A stretch of 24,000 bases of DNA. It comes from Halorubrum amylolyticum (GTDB taxonomy: Archaea > Halobacteriota > Halobacteria > Halobacteriales > Haloferacaceae). The stretch covers positions 1 to 24,000 of the forward strand of contig NZ_SDJP01000003.1 of assembly GCF_004114995.1 (NCBI RefSeq), read 5' to 3'. Shown in pieces: positions 21,963 through 24,000 of the stretch (position 1 is the first letter of the stretch; each line of letters starts with the position of its first letter). Below the pieces are notes generated by a model that was not told where the DNA came from, did not search any database, and saw only the letters and a list, made by a program, of their open reading frames with translations. A program made the position numbers and the translations under genes.

Positions 21963-24000
21963 CTACTGCGGGCTCGGACTGGAGGGACCGGAGACGCTCC
22001 CCTCCTTCAGCGCCGAGCCGGTGATCGACTTGAGCCGGGAGACGAGCGAGTCCTTCTCGGCTTCGCCTTCGAGAGCGATGTCGAGGACCTCGCTGATGTG
22101 CGAGACCGGGATGACCTCGATCATGTCCTCGTACTCGTCTTCGATCATCACGTCCTGCTCGTTCGCCTGCGGGATGATGACCCGGGTGCAGCCGGCCTTC
22201 GCGGCCGCCTCGATCTTGTGGGTGACGCCGCCGACGGGGAGCACGTCGCCCCGTACCGACAGCGAGCCCGTCATCGCGAGGCTCTGGTCGACGCCGACGT
22301 CCTCCAACGCGGAGATGACCGCGGTCGCGACCGTGATGGACGCGGAGTCGCCGTCGACGCCCTGCTGGCCCGCCTGCACGAACTGGATATGGATGTCCAT
22401 CTCCGAGATGTTCTCGTCGGAGAACTTCTTGATGATCGCGGAGACGTTCGACACCGACTCCTGCGCCATCTCCTTCAGCTGGCCCGTGGCGATCACTTCG
22501 CCGGGGCCCTGCGAGGGCGCGACTTCGGCCATCACCGGGAGCATGATCCCGGAGTCCTCGCCCATCACGGCGAGCCCGTTGACGCGGCCGACGACGTAGC
22601 CGTCGGAGACCTGCAGCTCGTAGTCCTTCCGGCGCTCGATGAAGTCGTCCGCGAGCTGCTGTTCGATGGAGCGCGAGCGCCCCTTCGCCTGCAGCACGTG
22701 GTCGCGGGTGGTCAGCTCGGCGTCCTCGCCGCGGGCGATGTCGCCGGCGACGCGGACGAGCCCGCCGAGGTTCCGGAACAGGAGGGTGAGGTGGCCCTTC
22801 CGGCCGGAGCGACGCTTGGCCTCGAGGAGGACCTCCTCGACGGCCTCGGCCGTGAACTCCGGCAGGCGGCCGTCCTTCGCGACCTCCTGCGCGATGAACC
22901 GGACGTACTTCCGGCGCATCTCCGGGGTGTCCTCGATGGTGTCCTCCATGTACACCTCGTAGCCGTATCCCTTGATACGGCTCCGCAGCGCCGGGTGCAT
23001 GTTCTCCATCGCGTCGAGGTTCCCGGCCGCGATCATGACGAAGTCGGTCGGGACGGGCTCGGTCTGGACCATCGCGCCCGAGGAGCGCTCGGACTGGCCC
23101 GTGATCGAGAACTCGCCCTCCTGAATCGCCGTCATGAGATGCTGCTGGCTGCGGATGTCGAGCGTGTTGATCTCGTCGATGAACAGCACGCCCTTGTTCG
23201 CCTTGTGGATGGCGCCCGCCTCGACGCGGTCGTGGCTGGGCGTCTCCATCCCGCCGGACTGGAACGGGTCGTGCCGGACGTCGCCGAGCAGCGCGCCGGC
23301 GTGCGCACCCGTGGAGTCGCGGAACGGCGCGGTCTTCGTGTCGCCGTTGTTCACCAGCAGGTTCGGGATCATCGCGTCCGACCCGCGGTTCAGGTAGCGG
23401 AAGACGAGGTAGACGACCCCGGCGGCGATGATGCCGACGAGGATCTGGCCGACGATGATGAGCGCGTAGCCCAGCACGACGGCGATGATGATCCACATCA
23501 ACAGCGACCGCATCTGGTTGCGCTTGCGCGCCTCCTCACGGTGCGCGTCGAGGATCTGGTCGCCCTTCCCGGCGGGGACGGTCCGGACCTTCGGCTTGTT
23601 GCCGTCCTCCGGGTTGTGGTAGACCAGCACGTCCTGAAGCTCCTCTTTCGGGAGCAGCTCGGACATCGCCTTCGCCAGCATCGACTTCCCGGTCCCGGGC
23701 GAGCCGATCATCATCACATGGCGGCGCTGCTTGGCCGCCTTGATGATCACGTCGCGGGCGTGCTCCTGCCCGATGACCTGATCGACGAGGCGGTCGGGGA
23801 TCTCGAGCTCGGCGGTGGTGTCGATCTTGAGGCCGCCGAGGAGGTCGTCCTCGTCGGGGTCCTCCTCGATATCGGCGCCCTCGACCTCGACGGTGCTGCC
23901 GAGCTCGTCGATGCCGCCGCCCTCGTTTGCTTCGGTGACACCCTCGGGGGTGGCGCCGTTCGCTTCCTCGCGGCCCGTCTCGGCGCCCTCCGACCCGGGT
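21963..24000 (-). CDS. lonB: Archaeal membrane-anchored Lon protease (LonB), 5' end beyond window
   Basis: It has IGQEHARDVIIKAAKQRRHVMMIGSPGTGKSM (Walker A), a TM insert (MWIIIAVVLGYALIIVGQILVGIIAAGVVYLVF), and a Ser-Lys protease domain (GDSASITVATAVISAL…GGVTHKIEAAAKAG). The frame stays open from 23750 to 23999 with no Met, so the ORF-track start at 23750 (GTG) is internal. Confidence 0.9.
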   Translation of the reverse strand, partial: PGSEGAETGREEANGATPEGVTEANEGGGIDELGSTVEVEGADIEEDPDEDDLLGGLKIDTTAELEIPDRLVDQVIGQEHARDVIIKAAKQRRHVMMIGSPGTGKSMLAKAMSELLPKEELQDVLVYHNPEDGNKPKVRTVPAGKGDQILDAHREEARKRNQMRSLLMWIIIAVVLGYALIIVGQILVGIIAAGVVYLVFRYLNRGSDAMIPNLLVNNGDTKTAPFRDSTGAHAGALLGDVRHDPFQSGGMETPSHDRVEAGAIHKANKGVLFIDEINTLDIRSQQHLMTAIQEGEFSITGQSERSSGAMVQTEPVPTDFVMIAAGNLDAMENMHPALRSRIKGYGYEVYMEDTIEDTPEMRRKYVRFIAQEVAKDGRLPEFTAEAVEEVLLEAKRRSGRKGHLTLLFRNLGGLVRVAGDIARGEDAELTTRDHVLQAKGRSRSIEQQLADDFIERRKDYELQVSDGYVVGRVNGLAVMGEDSGIMLPVMAEVAPSQGPGEVIATGQLKEMAQESVSNVSAIIKKFSDENISEMDIHIQFVQAGQQGVDGDSASITVATAVISALEDVGVDQSLAMTGSLSVRGDVLPVGGVTHKIEAAAKAGCTRVIIPQANEQDVMIEDEYEDMIEVIPVSHISEVLDIALEGEAEKDSLVSRLKSITGSALKEGSVSGPSSPSPQ

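Noticed and set aside
23747-23941. 64-aa minus-strand ORF upstream of the ORF-track LonB start
   Set aside because: It is in the wrong frame. The LonB frame itself stays open through 23999 and encodes the expected N-terminus (…LEIPDRLVDQVIGQEHARDVIIKAAKQRR), so LonB simply extends beyond the window.

Overview
This is a haloarchaeal window (acidic proteins, very GC-rich core genes) made of two contrasting parts.

**Accessory island, about 1 to 16.0-16.9 kb.** G+C is visibly lower here: 29/60 in line 9001-9060 against 45/60 in line 19021-19080, hand counts of single lines only. The island carries:
- two diverged, same-orientation copies of a ~1.07-kb ISH-type IS (1-94 partial; 14379-15447);
- an ADP-ribosylglycohydrolase, several orphan acidic proteins and a plasmid-type wHTH regulator;
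- decayed replication and ATPase genes (an orc1/cdc6 fragment and a HerA/DUF87-like pseudogene);
- a tRNA 3' fragment followed by a hairpin and T-run, a candidate att remnant;
- the centrepiece: a translationally coupled minus-strand operon mre11-rad50-nurA-orphan-herA (13165 down to 5293). A single-repeat TBP-domain gene follows it, and a minimal WYL-like gene lies divergently upstream.

**GC-rich core chromosome, about 16.9 to 24 kb.** It contains an RHH/RelE-like pair at the junction, an ABC substrate-binding protein gene with one in-frame TAG, and the fibrillarin-nop5 operon. It also holds a small glycine-zipper protein, a CBS+ParB-like protein, a CPBP/Abi protease that looks frameshifted, and membrane LonB (5' end outside the window).

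**Main hypothesis to test.** The island-borne DNA-end-resection module and its orphan partners may be an accessory system (defence or mobile-element maintenance) rather than the housekeeping repair operon. All family calls come from motif reading by eye; no searches were run.
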